64,000 nt of DNA, taken from an uncultured Bdellovibrionales bacterium (GTDB taxonomy: Bacteria; Patescibacteriota; Minisyncoccia; Moranbacterales; UBA1568). The stretch is from assembly GCA_964612055.1 (NCBI GenBank), contig CAZTBI010000001.1, forward strand, positions 5,688 through 69,687. The letters run 5' to 3'. Every line of letters begins with the position of its first letter. Position 1 is the first letter of the stretch. The notes beneath the pieces are model-generated. The model was not told the origin of the DNA. It searched no databases and saw only the letters and a list, made by a program, of their open reading frames with translations. Shown piece after piece: positions 26,978 to 36,843 of this stretch. A program made the translations under genes and the position numbers.

Positions 26978-27025
26978 GGAGGTGAGATTCGAACAGGGAA
27001 GGGGTCGGGAAACGGGAGTTGCCCG
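26978..27025 (+). repeat. tRNA-associated repeat, copy A
   Basis: GGAGGTGAGATTCGAAC (antisense of tRNA-Ser(TGA) T-arm) + AGGGAAGGGGTCGGGAAACGGGAGTTGCCCG. Confidence 0.75.
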
Positions 27026-27136
27026 TTCGGGGTGACCCAGACTTGTTCTGGGACTAGAGGGCGGCCCGTCTCGACGAGGCAAGCCGAGGTGGAAAGCCCT
27101 ATAGAACGCAGTCCGCTTCTGCATTTGTAGTTTGTT

Positions 27137-27760
27137 ATGTCAAAAAAAGCTCTTCTTTTTGTGAGTGTAGGAGCGGTTCTTATCGGACTTCTTGTGTTTT
27201 GGTATTTTTCTCGAGACTGGGAGATCAAGAACTATCCTTCTTCGAAGAGCGGGCCGGTACTGATGTTCGGTGATAGCTTGGTAGAGGGGGTTGGCGCGAC
27301 AGCGGGCAATACATTGCCAGATCAGCTTGGGAAATCCATCGGCATCTCTATTTTGAATTACGGTGTCAGTGGCGACACGACCCGTGATGGACTAGCGCGA
27401 CTCAGTCCGGCGCTCAAAGAAAATCCCAAAGTTGCAATCATTCTTCTTGGAGGGAATGATTTCTTGAAAAAGATTCCTCGCGAGGAAACCTTTCAGAATT
27501 TAGAAAAAATTGTTGTTGCTTTTCAGGCACAAGGATCGATCACGGTAGTTGTCGGAGTACGGAGTGGTATCGTCAGCGGGGGAGCGGACGAAGAATATGA
27601 AGCTCTGGCCGAGCGTACTGGATCGATCTATGTATCAGATGTCCTTTCCGGTGTTTTCGCTCACTCAGATCTGATGAGCGATGCCCTTCATCCGAATGAT
27701 CGTGGCTATCAGCAGATTGCGGAGCGTTTGACTCCATTACTCTCGAAATACTTGAAATAG
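27137..27760 (+). CDS. SGNH/GDSL hydrolase
   Basis: GDSL block I (VLMFGDSLVEG), block III (GGNDF), block V (DALHPN). Confidence 0.75.
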   Translation: MSKKALLFVSVGAVLIGLLVFWYFSRDWEIKNYPSSKSGPVLMFGDSLVEGVGATAGNTLPDQLGKSIGISILNYGVSGDTTRDGLARLSPALKENPKVAIILLGGNDFLKKIPREETFQNLEKIVVAFQAQGSITVVVGVRSGIVSGGADEEYEALAERTGSIYVSDVLSGVFAHSDLMSDALHPNDRGYQQIAERLTPLLSKYLK

Positions 27761-27853
27761 TCGCTTACTCTAGAGTTAGCACTCTCATTGGTAGTTTGCT
27801 AGTTTTCTGGTATTTGAGTATACTGGGAGAATACTAATATTTTTTATAACACT

Positions 27854-28381
27854 ATGGCAAAGATATCGATGTACAATGCAACTGTTCCGGAGTTCAAGCG
27901 TTCGCTTTTGGCGCTTCAGGCTATTTTGGTCAAAGCGGAAGCATTTGTGGCAGAGAAGAAGATCGCTGACAGCGTGCTTCTCGGAGCCTATCTCGCTCTT
28001 GATCAATTCCCCTTTGTGAAACAAGTGCAGGTTGTCTGCGATACTGCCAAGGGAACAGCGGGGCGATTGGCTGGAGTGGAGTTGCCAAAGATGGAAGATA
28101 ACGAAGTGACTCTCAAGGAATTGGAAGCACGTATCGACAAGACCATAGCATTTCTTGATTCACTCAAGCCAGAGCAGTTCGAAGGCGCTGAAGATCGAGA
28201 GATCCCTATTTACTACTTTCCCGGTAAAGCGCTTTCTGGTCTCGAATATGTCAATGCTCAGGGGCTACCGAATTTTTATTTCCATCTGACGACCGCTTAT
28301 TCGATCCTGCGTCACAATGGGATGAATATCGGTAAGGCTGACTACATGGGGCAGGTAGCCTTTCATGATGAAAAGAAATAA
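27854..28381 (+). CDS. DUF1993 domain protein
   Basis: FYFHLTTAYSILRHNG C-terminal signature as I recall for DUF1993. Confidence 0.5.
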   Translation: MAKISMYNATVPEFKRSLLALQAILVKAEAFVAEKKIADSVLLGAYLALDQFPFVKQVQVVCDTAKGTAGRLAGVELPKMEDNEVTLKELEARIDKTIAFLDSLKPEQFEGAEDREIPIYYFPGKALSGLEYVNAQGLPNFYFHLTTAYSILRHNGMNIGKADYMGQVAFHDEKK

Positions 28382-28582
28382 ATGATTTCTTTGGTTCCTT
28401 GGATAGACGTTCATTGAAAAAATTCCTTTTGCGACCCACTCGTTTGCCCAGCGGCAAACTTGCTCTGTGAAAGTCTCGTGATTCTGTCTGTTACAGAAAC
28501 CATGCTCACAAGCCTTTCAGCGGTCTCAAAAGAAATATTTTTCTAATGAACGAGTTAGAATAGAGGATAGTTTTATGAGTAA

Positions 28583-29512
28583 ATGATATTTATGGCGAAT
28601 GCACTTGAGATAAAAAATTTGAAGAAGATATATGGGAATGGTGTGGAGGCACTGAAGGGCGTGAACCTGACAGTGGCCGCCGGTGATTTCTTTGCGCTCC
28701 TCGGTCCCAATGGTGCCGGTAAGAGTACGACGATCAACGTCATTTGCGGGCTGGTGAATAAAACAAGCGGGGAGGTCTGGATCGAAGGACTGTCTATTGA
28801 TGATGATTATCAGAAAGCCAAGATGCATGTGGGAATTGTCCCGCAGGAGTTTAACTTTGGTATTTTCGAAAAGGTGATTGATATCATTCTTGATCAAGCG
28901 GGATACTACGGCATTCCTCGTCGTGAAGCATTACCGAAAGCTGAGAAATTATTGAAGCAGCTCGGGTTGTACGAAAAGCGCAATGAAAAATCGATGACCC
29001 TTTCTGGTGGTATGAAGCGACGGTTGATGATCGCGCGGGGATTGGTGCATGATCCAAAGGTACTTATCTTGGATGAGCCGACGGCCGGTGTTGATATTGA
29101 GATTCGCCGTGAGATGTGGGATTTTCTCCGTGAGCTGAATCAGAACGGGACGACTATCATCCTGACGACGCACTATCTGGAAGAAGCAGAGCAACTCTGT
29201 AACAATATGGCTATCATCAATAAGGGTGAGGTGGTAGAGCAGGGGTCGGTAAAGGAGTTATTGGGCAAGATGGATAAAGAAACATTTATCTTTGATCTTG
29301 AGCAGCCACTACCAGAAAAAACTGAAACTCTCGTGGCGCAGTTTGGGGTCAAAAAAATTGATACTGATACCATAGAGATGACGGTCAATCAGGGTGAATC
29401 GATCAATGATGCTATCAGCGCCTTGAATCGTCTCGATATCCGGGTACGAAGCATGCGCAATAAATCAAACCGTCTGGAAGAATTTTTCCTCCAGAAAATC
29501 AATAAAGCTTAA
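28583..29512 (+). CDS. ABC transporter ATP-binding protein (ABC-2 type)
   Basis: Walker A GPNGAGKST, signature LSGGMKRRL, Walker B ILDEPT. Confidence 0.85.
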   Translation: MIFMANALEIKNLKKIYGNGVEALKGVNLTVAAGDFFALLGPNGAGKSTTINVICGLVNKTSGEVWIEGLSIDDDYQKAKMHVGIVPQEFNFGIFEKVIDIILDQAGYYGIPRREALPKAEKLLKQLGLYEKRNEKSMTLSGGMKRRLMIARGLVHDPKVLILDEPTAGVDIEIRREMWDFLRELNQNGTTIILTTHYLEEAEQLCNNMAIINKGEVVEQGSVKELLGKMDKETFIFDLEQPLPEKTETLVAQFGVKKIDTDTIEMTVNQGESINDAISALNRLDIRVRSMRNKSNRLEEFFLQKINKA

Positions 29513-29516
29513 AGGT

Positions 29517-30290
29517 ATGAATGGAAAACAAATGTGGGCAGCGTATATGACGATCGTGCGGAAGGAATTCCTCCGTATGTTTCGTGTATGGGTGCAGGCG
29601 CTCTTACCACCAGCAGTGACTACGGTACTTTACTTCCTCGTCTTCGGGAAGTTCATCGGGGCGCAGGTCGCGCCGATCAACGGGATGAGCTACATGGAGT
29701 TTATCGTGCCAGGCATCATCATGATGTCGGTGATCACGCAGTCGTTTATGCACTCGGCTTTCGGTTATTATATGGCCAAGTTCCAGAAATCGATCGAAGA
29801 AATTCAAGTCTCACCAACCCCGTATTGGGTAATGATTTTGGGGTATGTGACTGGGGGTGTTCTTCGTGGGCTGGTGACGGGGGCGATCTTGCTTGTTATC
29901 TCTCTCTTCTTCACACCGATTGCTATTCATAATCCGCTTCATGTCGTAGCCTTTGCCTTTCTGACGGCAGTCGTTTTCTCTCTAGCAGGGCTCATCAATG
30001 CTATCTTTGCCAAGAACTTCGACAGTATCTCCATCTTCCCGACATTCATCCTGACGCCACTGACGTATCTCGCTGGGACGTTCTACTCGCTTTCGATGTT
30101 GCCAGCTATTTGGCACCAGATATCGCTTTGGAATCCGCTTCTCTATATGGTCAATGGTTTCCGCTACGGCCTGATCGGTGCGACCGACGTGAGTATCGTA
30201 ACGGCGTATGTCATCCTTATTGTCTTAGCATCCACGCTCTCATTTGTGGTTTGGTATTTGTTTTACTCCGGTCGCGGTGTTCGCACCTAG
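29517..30290 (+). CDS. ABC-2 type transporter permease
   Basis: 6-TM ABC-2 fold; translationally coupled to the ATPase. Confidence 0.8.
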   Translation: MNGKQMWAAYMTIVRKEFLRMFRVWVQALLPPAVTTVLYFLVFGKFIGAQVAPINGMSYMEFIVPGIIMMSVITQSFMHSAFGYYMAKFQKSIEEIQVSPTPYWVMILGYVTGGVLRGLVTGAILLVISLFFTPIAIHNPLHVVAFAFLTAVVFSLAGLINAIFAKNFDSISIFPTFILTPLTYLAGTFYSLSMLPAIWHQISLWNPLLYMVNGFRYGLIGATDVSIVTAYVILIVLASTLSFVVWYLFYSGRGVRT

Positions 30291-30307
30291 AGGTGTATAC
30301 TGGAGAT

Positions 30308-30817
30308 ATGTATAATATTTCCTCACGTACCATGTTGTTCGTAACAGTCCCACTTGCTGTGTTGGGGATGTTTGCTTATTACTTTTTTCAAACCCGTATG
30401 GAAGAAAAAAATGTTGCTAGTGAAGGCGCGGCGTGTGGGATCGATGGCTGTGTCGAAATGACACCGGAGCAGGCGCGGATTCTCCGTGACAAAGGCACTG
30501 AGCCGCCGTTTAGCAGTCCACTCTATAACGAACATCGCAAAGGGGTGTACGTTTCAGCTGATAATAACGAGCCAGTATTTCGCTCCGAAGATAAGTTTGA
30601 TTCCGGGACTGGTTGGCCCAGTTTTACACAGCCAATCAAGCCGGATGCTATTAAAACTGATACTGACGCAACGTTTGGAATGACCCGGACCGAAGTGCTC
30701 TCCAAAGACGGTGGCCACCTGGGCCATGTCTTTAACGACGGCCCGGAACCGACTGGTCTGCGCTACTGTATCAACGGTGATGCTTTGAAGTTTATTCCAG
30801 ACGAAGAGGGTGAATAA
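30308..30817 (+). CDS. msrB: peptide methionine sulfoxide reductase MsrB with N-terminal TM anchor
   Basis: GTGWPSF ... [10 protein letters not shown] ... RYCIN; GGAG RBS before ATG 30308 (track ORF 30110 is an upstream read-through). Confidence 0.8.
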   Translation: MYNISSRTMLFVTVPLAVLGMFAYYFFQTRMEEKNVASEGAACGIDGCVEMTPEQARILRDKGTEPPFSSPLYNEHRKGVYVSADNNEPVFRSEDKFDSGTGWPSFTQPIKPDAIKTDTDATFGMTRTEVLSKDGGHLGHVFNDGPEPTGLRYCINGDALKFIPDEEGE

Positions 30818-31072
30818 TTCCTTTCTCCCAAACAACTCTCTTGTGCCGTCAAAACTCCAGCGTAGTTTTTACTGACGTGTGAGCGAACTTTTTTGCTTAC
30901 GCAAAAACCATGCAAGTTCGCTCCCAAGTCGCCCAAGAGAATTTTTGGAAGAAGGTAAAGAGTATATAAAGTTTGGAAAAAGTTCCCTAAAAATGATTCA
31001 AGGCAGCGAACGCGGATGCGTTGCTGCCCTGTGTGTTGAAAAAGTGGTATTGAAAGACGACGAGTGCCCGCT

Positions 31073-31267
31073 TCAGAGCCGGCAGCGAATCACCACGAGG
31101 CTCTCCGGCATGGACACGAATTCGCCAGCATGCACACAGCATGGCTGGCCATCTGCCTCCCGCACCTTCTGGATTACGTCGAGCGGTACTCCTGGTACCT
31201 GGAGGTTGAGCGCGGTGATGAAGTGACAGTCCACTGGCAGGTCGGCAATGGTCTCTCTGTTTTCCAT
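31073..31267 (-). CDS. hypothetical 64-aa protein, GC3-rich, with textbook promoter and RBS
   Basis: on minus strand TTGACT-N17-TATCAT (31317-31345) then GAAAGGAG-N5-ATG; nearly all third positions G/C. Confidence 0.45.
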   Translation of the reverse strand: MENRETIADLPVDCHFITALNLQVPGVPLDVIQKVREADGQPCCVHAGEFVSMPESLVVIRCRL

Positions 31268-31380
31268 GACTACTCCTTTCGAGCGATTGTTGGTGAGAGG
31301 AACTACTTAACCGTATATGATAGCATAAAAAAGAGAAAAAGTCAATATTAGAGTATAAAAATGGCTTAAAAAAGGGAAAA

Positions 31381-31405
31381 TAAAAAACCCGGCGCGTTGC
31401 GTCGG
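31381..31405 (-). terminator. intrinsic terminator
   Basis: CCCGACG-CAACG-CGCCGGG stem then TTTTTTATTTT on minus strand. Confidence 0.55.
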
Positions 31406-31426
31406 GCAGTGTGGTTCTGAAGACCT

Positions 31427-31753
31427 TCAGAACTTCTTGGGTGGGTTGGCAAGTAGGTGGTGACCAAAGCCAGCCATGACGATGGCGGCGTGGAGTTCGT
31501 TGATGTTGATGTCGAGATCGACGGGACAGACTTTCTTGTTTCTTTCGCCTTCTCCGATGACAGGAACGAGGGACTCCGCATCTTTGGGTATGGGCCACGT
31601 GAAGCGTAAGGCATGGTCCTCGTTCAGTTTCACCAGGATACGCAGCCCCTTGTTTCCGCGATAGCCGAGAGGTGTCGAGACGGCCTTCTCGATCTCATCG
31701 GTGAAGATGAAGCCTTGGAGCTGGGAGAGACTGGAGTAAGGAGGAGGTGACAT
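31427..31753 (-). CDS. hypothetical protein (about 108 aa), GC3-rich
   Basis: start placed at ATG 31753 (MSPPPY...), track first ATG 31834; terminator downstream. Confidence 0.4.
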   Translation of the reverse strand: MSPPPYSSLSQLQGFIFTDEIEKAVSTPLGYRGNKGLRILVKLNEDHALRFTWPIPKDAESLVPVIGEGERNKKVCPVDLDININELHAAIVMAGFGHHLLANPPKKF

Positions 31754-31845
31754 AGGCGTCTTTCTGCAGTGTGACTGCTTTGGTTGGAGGAAGGAACAGG
31801 TGTATACTATTACAGAAATATCAATAAAAGTCAAGAGAGCACGCT

Positions 31846-32328
31846 ATGACAATTTTGAAAAAAGCGACATTTGGGGCGGGGTGTTTCTGGGGTGTGGAGG
31901 CACTGTTTCGGAAAGTGTCTGGAGTTATTGATGCTGTTTCTGGTTATACTGGTGGGACACTGAAAAATCCGACCTATGAAGATGTCTGTAACAGTGAGAC
32001 GGGTCATGCGGAAGCTGTGGAAGTGACCTATGATGGAGATAAGGTGAGTTATGAGCGCCTACTTGAAGTGTTCTGGATGAATCATAATCCAACGACGCCA
32101 AATCAGCAGGGACCAGATCGTGGTTCACAATATCGTTCCGTCATCTTTTATCATGATGAAGAGCAGAAGAAACTGGCCGAAGCTTCAAAAGAGACATTGG
32201 CGCAGTCAGGGAAATGGCAGAAACCAATCGTGACGGAAATTACTCCAGCCGAGACCTTTTATAAGGCCGAAGAGTATCACCAACGCTATTTTGAAAAGCT
32301 CGGTATTGAGCCGACCTGCCATCTTTGA
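31846..32328 (+). CDS. msrA: peptide methionine sulfoxide reductase MsrA
   Basis: GAGCFWGVE active-site motif. Confidence 0.9.
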   Translation: MTILKKATFGAGCFWGVEALFRKVSGVIDAVSGYTGGTLKNPTYEDVCNSETGHAEAVEVTYDGDKVSYERLLEVFWMNHNPTTPNQQGPDRGSQYRSVIFYHDEEQKKLAEASKETLAQSGKWQKPIVTEITPAETFYKAEEYHQRYFEKLGIEPTCHL

Positions 32329-32538
32329 TTTGGGAAAAAGGATCTAGATTCGCAGTGAAAGTCTTGCTTTTTTCGCTTAACCATGCTATGGTAGGGGTGT
32401 TGTAAGTTTTCTCTCTGGAAGCCACTTAGACGAGACATTCGGTTGCCAAACTTGAATTCCGTGAAGTAGAGCCAGAAAAAGAGCGCAAGCTCGCAGGGAA
32501 AGGTCCACTTACACGGTAATTCAGTCAGTAGATTCGAT

Positions 32539-32856
32539 ATGGCAACCAAATTGTATGTTGGTGGCGTTTCCTACGGTACAACCGAGGACGGTCTCCGCGA
32601 TGCTTTCGCGCAGGCTGGGAATGTCACTTCTGCCAAGATCATCATCGACAAGATGACAGGCCGCTCTCGCGGTTTCGCCTTTGTTGAGATGGCTACAGAC
32701 GACGAAGCCCAAAAGGCTATTGAACTCTGGAATGGTAAGGAGTTAGACGGACGAACGCTGACTGTCAACGAAGCTCGTCCTCTGGAAGAGCGCGCTCCTC
32801 GCACCGGCAACGGTGGCGGATACCGCGATCAGAACCAGGGTGGCAGCCGTTGGTAA
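32539..32856 (+). CDS. RRM-type RNA-binding protein
   Basis: RNP-2 LYVGGV and RNP-1 RGFAFVEM; Gly-rich C-terminal tail. Confidence 0.8.
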   Translation: MATKLYVGGVSYGTTEDGLRDAFAQAGNVTSAKIIIDKMTGRSRGFAFVEMATDDEAQKAIELWNGKELDGRTLTVNEARPLEERAPRTGNGGGYRDQNQGGSRW

Positions 32857-32941
32857 TTGATTTTCGAGCATCATTCGTGATGTTCGAAATGACACCAAAA
32901 AACAGCTCTGAGTAATCGGAGCTGTTTTTGTTTTACTTCTT

Positions 32942-33541
32942 TTAGATTGATGAGGGGAGTTTCTTCACTTCTTGGTAACGGAAACAATCAGTGGTGTGAT
33001 CATTGACCATGCCGATAGCTTGCATGTAGGCGTAGCCGATGATGGGACCAAAAAATTTGAAACCACGTGCTTTCAGGTCACTGGCCAATTGTTCGGATTG
33101 TTCGGTGAGTACAGGGACCTCTGAGAGAGAGCGGCGTTTCCCATCGAGCGTCTTGCCATTTACGAATTGAGAGAGATATTTGGCAAAAGAACCGTATTCA
33201 CGCTGGACTTCAAGAAAAAGGCGGGCGTTACTAATAGCCGCTTCGATTTTCAAACGATGCCGAATGATCCCGCTATTTTTCATGAGCCGGTCAATATCGC
33301 GTCTATTGAAGCGGGCAATTTTCTCCGGGTCAAAATGGGCAAAGGCCTCTCTGTACGCGTGACGTTTCTTGAGAATAGTTTCCCAGGAGAGTCCTGCCTG
33401 AGCACTTTCGAGAAGAAGAAATTCAAACAGTCGTCGATCGTCATAGGTTCGTACGCCCCATTCGGTATCGTGATACTGTTCGTACAGTGTATTGCCAGGA
33501 CGTACCCAGCCACAGCGTTTTGGTGATGAAGTTTTTGGCAT
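32942..33541 (-). CDS. tag: DNA-3-methyladenine glycosylase I
   Basis: YHDTEWGV ... LLESAQAGLSWETILKKR ... Tag family. Confidence 0.85.
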   Translation of the reverse strand: MPKTSSPKRCGWVRPGNTLYEQYHDTEWGVRTYDDRRLFEFLLLESAQAGLSWETILKKRHAYREAFAHFDPEKIARFNRRDIDRLMKNSGIIRHRLKIEAAISNARLFLEVQREYGSFAKYLSQFVNGKTLDGKRRSLSEVPVLTEQSEQLASDLKARGFKFFGPIIGYAYMQAIGMVNDHTTDCFRYQEVKKLPSSI

Positions 33542-33638
33542 GTTATTGACAGTGTACCATGATATGATCCGTTTTCTCTGTGAAAATTCTTTTTAATGGT
33601 ATAATGTTATCTGTAGATAAAAATAAAAATTTACCATC

Positions 33639-35060
33639 ATGTTTTTTCCTCTGTATCGAGGCAAGATAGCGTTTGTGGTTATCGTAGGATCACTGGTAAC
33701 AGTGGGTCTGGTGGCCGCTACCGGACTGTATTTTCTCGAGAATCGTGCTTCGGATCAGGCATTGAAACAAGAGGTTGATACGAAGCAGGGCGAGACCCCG
33801 ATTACGTTCAGTGAGCCACTTTCTGGAAGCGGCGTGTTTAACTCTGATATGATCGATGTCGTGAGGGAAGAAAGGATAGAGGAGGGTGATGCGAGCAGCG
33901 CTGACTCCGAGTCTGGTTCTCAGAGTTTGTCCTATGTACTCCCCGAGGCTACAGATTGGAACGAAGTACCATCGACTCCTGCAGCAACAGTAGTGGACGA
34001 CAACACTACCTCTGATGGTTCGAGTACTGTGAGTCCTGATCATAATACCGTGTATCGTCTGAGGACGCAGGGGGATAAAATATACTATCCTTCTGGAAAA
34101 GAAGCGATGCTTCGCGGTTTTACTTGGGGAGCATGGGATACTACGCGGTTTCATGACGCCGACCGTAATGCGGGAGAAGGAGCAAACACAGTGCGTATTG
34201 TACTGCGCTGGTGGGGAAAATATTTTGACGATAGCGTCGATAGTCGTGACGATGATGCTCCTGGAAACATAGATCGAGAACATTTAGCGGAGCTTGATCG
34301 TATGATTGAACAGGCTTCGGAGAAAGGGTTATGGATAGACTTGGCTATTGATTCTGATTGCGGACAGAGTGGTTTGCAGCAAGACCCGATTGGTACCCAG
34401 GCCTATTGTGATCCGAGCGGAAAATATGGTTCTGCGGGACATAATTTTTGGACGGATCCAGAGGCTCGTGCCCGCTTCGTAGAGACCTGGAAATTCGTTG
34501 CTGATCGCTACAAAGACACCCCGTATATCGGTATGTTCGAGCTTTTGCCTGAGCCGAATCCTATTGCTTTTCCTGCAGCCAAAATATCGGAATTTTATCA
34601 GGAGCTTATAGCAGTGGTTCACCCGATTGATTTGCGCACCCCGTTTCTCATCGGTAGTCGAGTCTACATGATTAAGCTAGTGGAATCGGCATACCTGAAT
34701 ACGGGAGTGCCTATCATTTATACTGGGAACTTGTTTGCTCATCCAGAAATAGGGGCCTATGAGGATGTCATGTACGACTTGGAGTATCGACTCGGGCATC
34801 TGACTGATTTTCGAGAGAAGTACAATGTCCCGATCTTCGTCCAGCAGACCGGAGTTCGTTCTGTGGATGATCCTGGGGAAGTCTATACGAATGCTGTTTT
34901 GGCGCTTCTCAATAAAAACAGTGTTGGTTGGGATTGGTGGGAGTACCGACAGCAGGGTCCCTACCCGGGTGGCTACGGTATCTGGTATGCGAAAGGCGAT
35001 GGAACATGGATAAAGAAGGATGCTGTGCTGAAGGTCATTTCTAAATATTTCAAGGAGTAG
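33639..35060 (+). CDS. glycoside hydrolase family 5 (cellulase-like), N-terminal TM anchor
   Basis: GH5 (beta/alpha)8 pattern with NEP catalytic acid (FELLPEPN); acidic S/T-rich linker. Confidence 0.65.
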   Translation: MFFPLYRGKIAFVVIVGSLVTVGLVAATGLYFLENRASDQALKQEVDTKQGETPITFSEPLSGSGVFNSDMIDVVREERIEEGDASSADSESGSQSLSYVLPEATDWNEVPSTPAATVVDDNTTSDGSSTVSPDHNTVYRLRTQGDKIYYPSGKEAMLRGFTWGAWDTTRFHDADRNAGEGANTVRIVLRWWGKYFDDSVDSRDDDAPGNIDREHLAELDRMIEQASEKGLWIDLAIDSDCGQSGLQQDPIGTQAYCDPSGKYGSAGHNFWTDPEARARFVETWKFVADRYKDTPYIGMFELLPEPNPIAFPAAKISEFYQELIAVVHPIDLRTPFLIGSRVYMIKLVESAYLNTGVPIIYTGNLFAHPEIGAYEDVMYDLEYRLGHLTDFREKYNVPIFVQQTGVRSVDDPGEVYTNAVLALLNKNSVGWDWWEYRQQGPYPGGYGIWYAKGDGTWIKKDAVLKVISKYFKE

Positions 35061-35072
35061 AAATATCTTACG

Positions 35073-36488
35073 ATGTTTCCTTTTTACCAAAGTAGAACAA
35101 TCTTTGTTGTAGTTGTTGGGTCCCTGGTCACGATCAGTCTTGTTGCGGCTGCCGGTTTTTATTTTCTCGAGAATAAAAAAGCAGAAGAGGCGATCAAAGA
35201 GCAGCAGGTTGCCAATGAAGAAATGCAAAAATATATTCGAAACGGAAGCGTCCTTCCTGGAGGTCAGCAGCCGAATTTTGGATCGACTGGTGACGGCACC
35301 TCTTCGGATGGGAGTAGTGGTACTCTGGGAACTGATGGTTTACCGTATACGTTGCCCGAAGCGACTGATTGGACCGAAGTAGGAAGTGGAACAGATACGC
35401 TCACAGACGACTTGTTGACTGATCCTGACTCTGATACTGACACTGATTCTGAAACAGACTCGAATCGGTTAACAGTGAAAGGGGATAAACTTTACGATCC
35501 TTCTGGGCATCAAGTAACGCTCCGTGGATTTAACTGGGGTTGGTGGGGAACGGCTCAGGAGCAAGATGGAGCTGCTAACAAGGATCAAGGAGCGACGGCT
35601 GTTCGTATGCCTATTCGTTGGTATTTTGAAGGGACAAAGAATGATATCCGAGAAACCGGCGGTACCTGCAATATCTCAGCTGATGGTTTAAAAGCGATTG
35701 ATGCCAATATCGCTTGGGCTACAAAAGAGCATCTTTGGGTGGTGTTGTTTATGGGGTCAGATCTCGGTGCTGGAAATTCAGATGATAATTATTGGACAAA
35801 TCCGGAACTCAAGGCGGAATTTAAGGCCACGTGGTTGTGTTTGGCGCAGCGCTACAAGAATGTGCCGTACATTGCTGCCTACGAAATCCTTTCCGAGCCG
35901 CATCCTAAAAAATCATACACTAACAATGACCCAGAGGGCGCTGTCAAAGCTTTCTATGAAGAAATGATTCAGGCTATTCGGACAGTGGACGAGGACACGC
36001 CGCTTATGATTGGGCCAAATGATCATTATGAAATTTTACAGCTTCCTGGTCTCTATACAACGGTAGATAAAAAGATTATCTACACCTTTAACTTTTACTA
36101 CCCAGCAGAATACGTGAAAGAGACGAAGGATGGGAGTGGTCATACGTACCGTTACCCAGGCAGTCTCACTCTGAAGGATGGCCAGGTCGTGACGAATGAC
36201 AAAGCCTATCTCGAAGATATGCTCAAAAATGGTACTGATTTTCGAGATGATCACGATGTCCCGATTTTTATCAATCAGGTAGGTATTGCCTCAGATGTCC
36301 CAGATGCCAAGGCTTATATCACTGATACGCTTGATCTCTTTGAAAGCTATGGTATCGGTTTTGCTTATTGGACATATCGAGTGAGAGGGACTATCAATGA
36401 CATGGGCATCTATTACCAAGATCCGAAAACCAATGTTTGGAGCGTGAAGTCTGACTGGCTGACGCTGATCTCGGACTATTTCGATTAG
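35073..36488 (+). CDS. glycoside hydrolase family 5 paralog, N-terminal TM anchor
   Basis: tandem paralog of the previous gene; YEILSEPH (NEP motif). Confidence 0.65.
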   Translation: MFPFYQSRTIFVVVVGSLVTISLVAAAGFYFLENKKAEEAIKEQQVANEEMQKYIRNGSVLPGGQQPNFGSTGDGTSSDGSSGTLGTDGLPYTLPEATDWTEVGSGTDTLTDDLLTDPDSDTDTDSETDSNRLTVKGDKLYDPSGHQVTLRGFNWGWWGTAQEQDGAANKDQGATAVRMPIRWYFEGTKNDIRETGGTCNISADGLKAIDANIAWATKEHLWVVLFMGSDLGAGNSDDNYWTNPELKAEFKATWLCLAQRYKNVPYIAAYEILSEPHPKKSYTNNDPEGAVKAFYEEMIQAIRTVDEDTPLMIGPNDHYEILQLPGLYTTVDKKIIYTFNFYYPAEYVKETKDGSGHTYRYPGSLTLKDGQVVTNDKAYLEDMLKNGTDFRDDHDVPIFINQVGIASDVPDAKAYITDTLDLFESYGIGFAYWTYRVRGTINDMGIYYQDPKTNVWSVKSDWLTLISDYFD

Positions 36489-36507
36489 GAGAGTGCTTTT
36501 GCGATAA

Positions 36508-36540
36508 AAATCCCTGTGAGGTTCAGGGGTTTTATCTTTT
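36508..36540 (+). terminator. intrinsic terminator
   Basis: CCCTG-TGAGGTT-CAGGG followed by GTTTTATCTTTT. Confidence 0.6.
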
Positions 36541-36604
36541 CTGGGAGGAGTCTTGATTTTGGGGTAAAAAGTTGATAGGCTGAGTATTGTAGCGTAAAAA
36601 CCCT

Positions 36605-36691
36605 GGAGAGGTGGCCGAGTGGCTGAAGGCACCACACTGCTAACGTGGCGGGGCGTTAAAACCCTCGAGAGTTCGAATCTCTCCCTCTCCG
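36605..36691 (+). tRNA. tRNA-Ser (anticodon GCT)
   Basis: GGAGAGG-TG-GCC-GAGTGGCTGAAGGC...CTGCTAA...long variable arm...GAGAG-TTCGAAT-CTCTC-CCTCTCC-G. Confidence 0.85.
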
Positions 36692-36739
36692 CAAAGTAAA
36701 GAATGATGCTCTTGTGGCATCATTTTTGCTTTTGAGCTA

Positions 36740-36784
36740 GAGTAGATTCGAACGGGGAAAGGGTCGGAAAACGGGAGTTTTCCG
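36740..36784 (+). repeat. tRNA-associated repeat, copy B
   Basis: GAGTAGATTCGAAC + GGGGAAAGGGTCGGAAAACGGGAGTTTTCCG, homologous to copies A and C. Confidence 0.7.
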
Positions 36785-36843
36785 TGAGAGGAAAGCAGCG
36801 AAGTGCTGAGAACCGTGGGTTCTTAGAAGGAGCAAAGCGACGC

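Noticed and set aside
26978-27130. tmRNA (ssrA) 5' end, because GAGATTCGAAC-GGG resembles the tmRNA GGAUUCGACGGG motif
   Set aside because: No matching 3' tRNA-like domain (T-arm plus complementary acceptor strand) or tag-peptide ORF is found downstream before the SGNH hydrolase gene. The same motif is explained as the antisense T-arm of the adjacent tRNA-Ser, and occurs in three copies.
30110-30307. N-terminal 66-aa extension of the msrB ORF overlapping the ABC permease
   Set aside because: The extension has no RBS and overlaps the 3' end of the permease gene in another frame. ATG 30308 has a GGAG RBS and gives a normal MsrB with a TM anchor.
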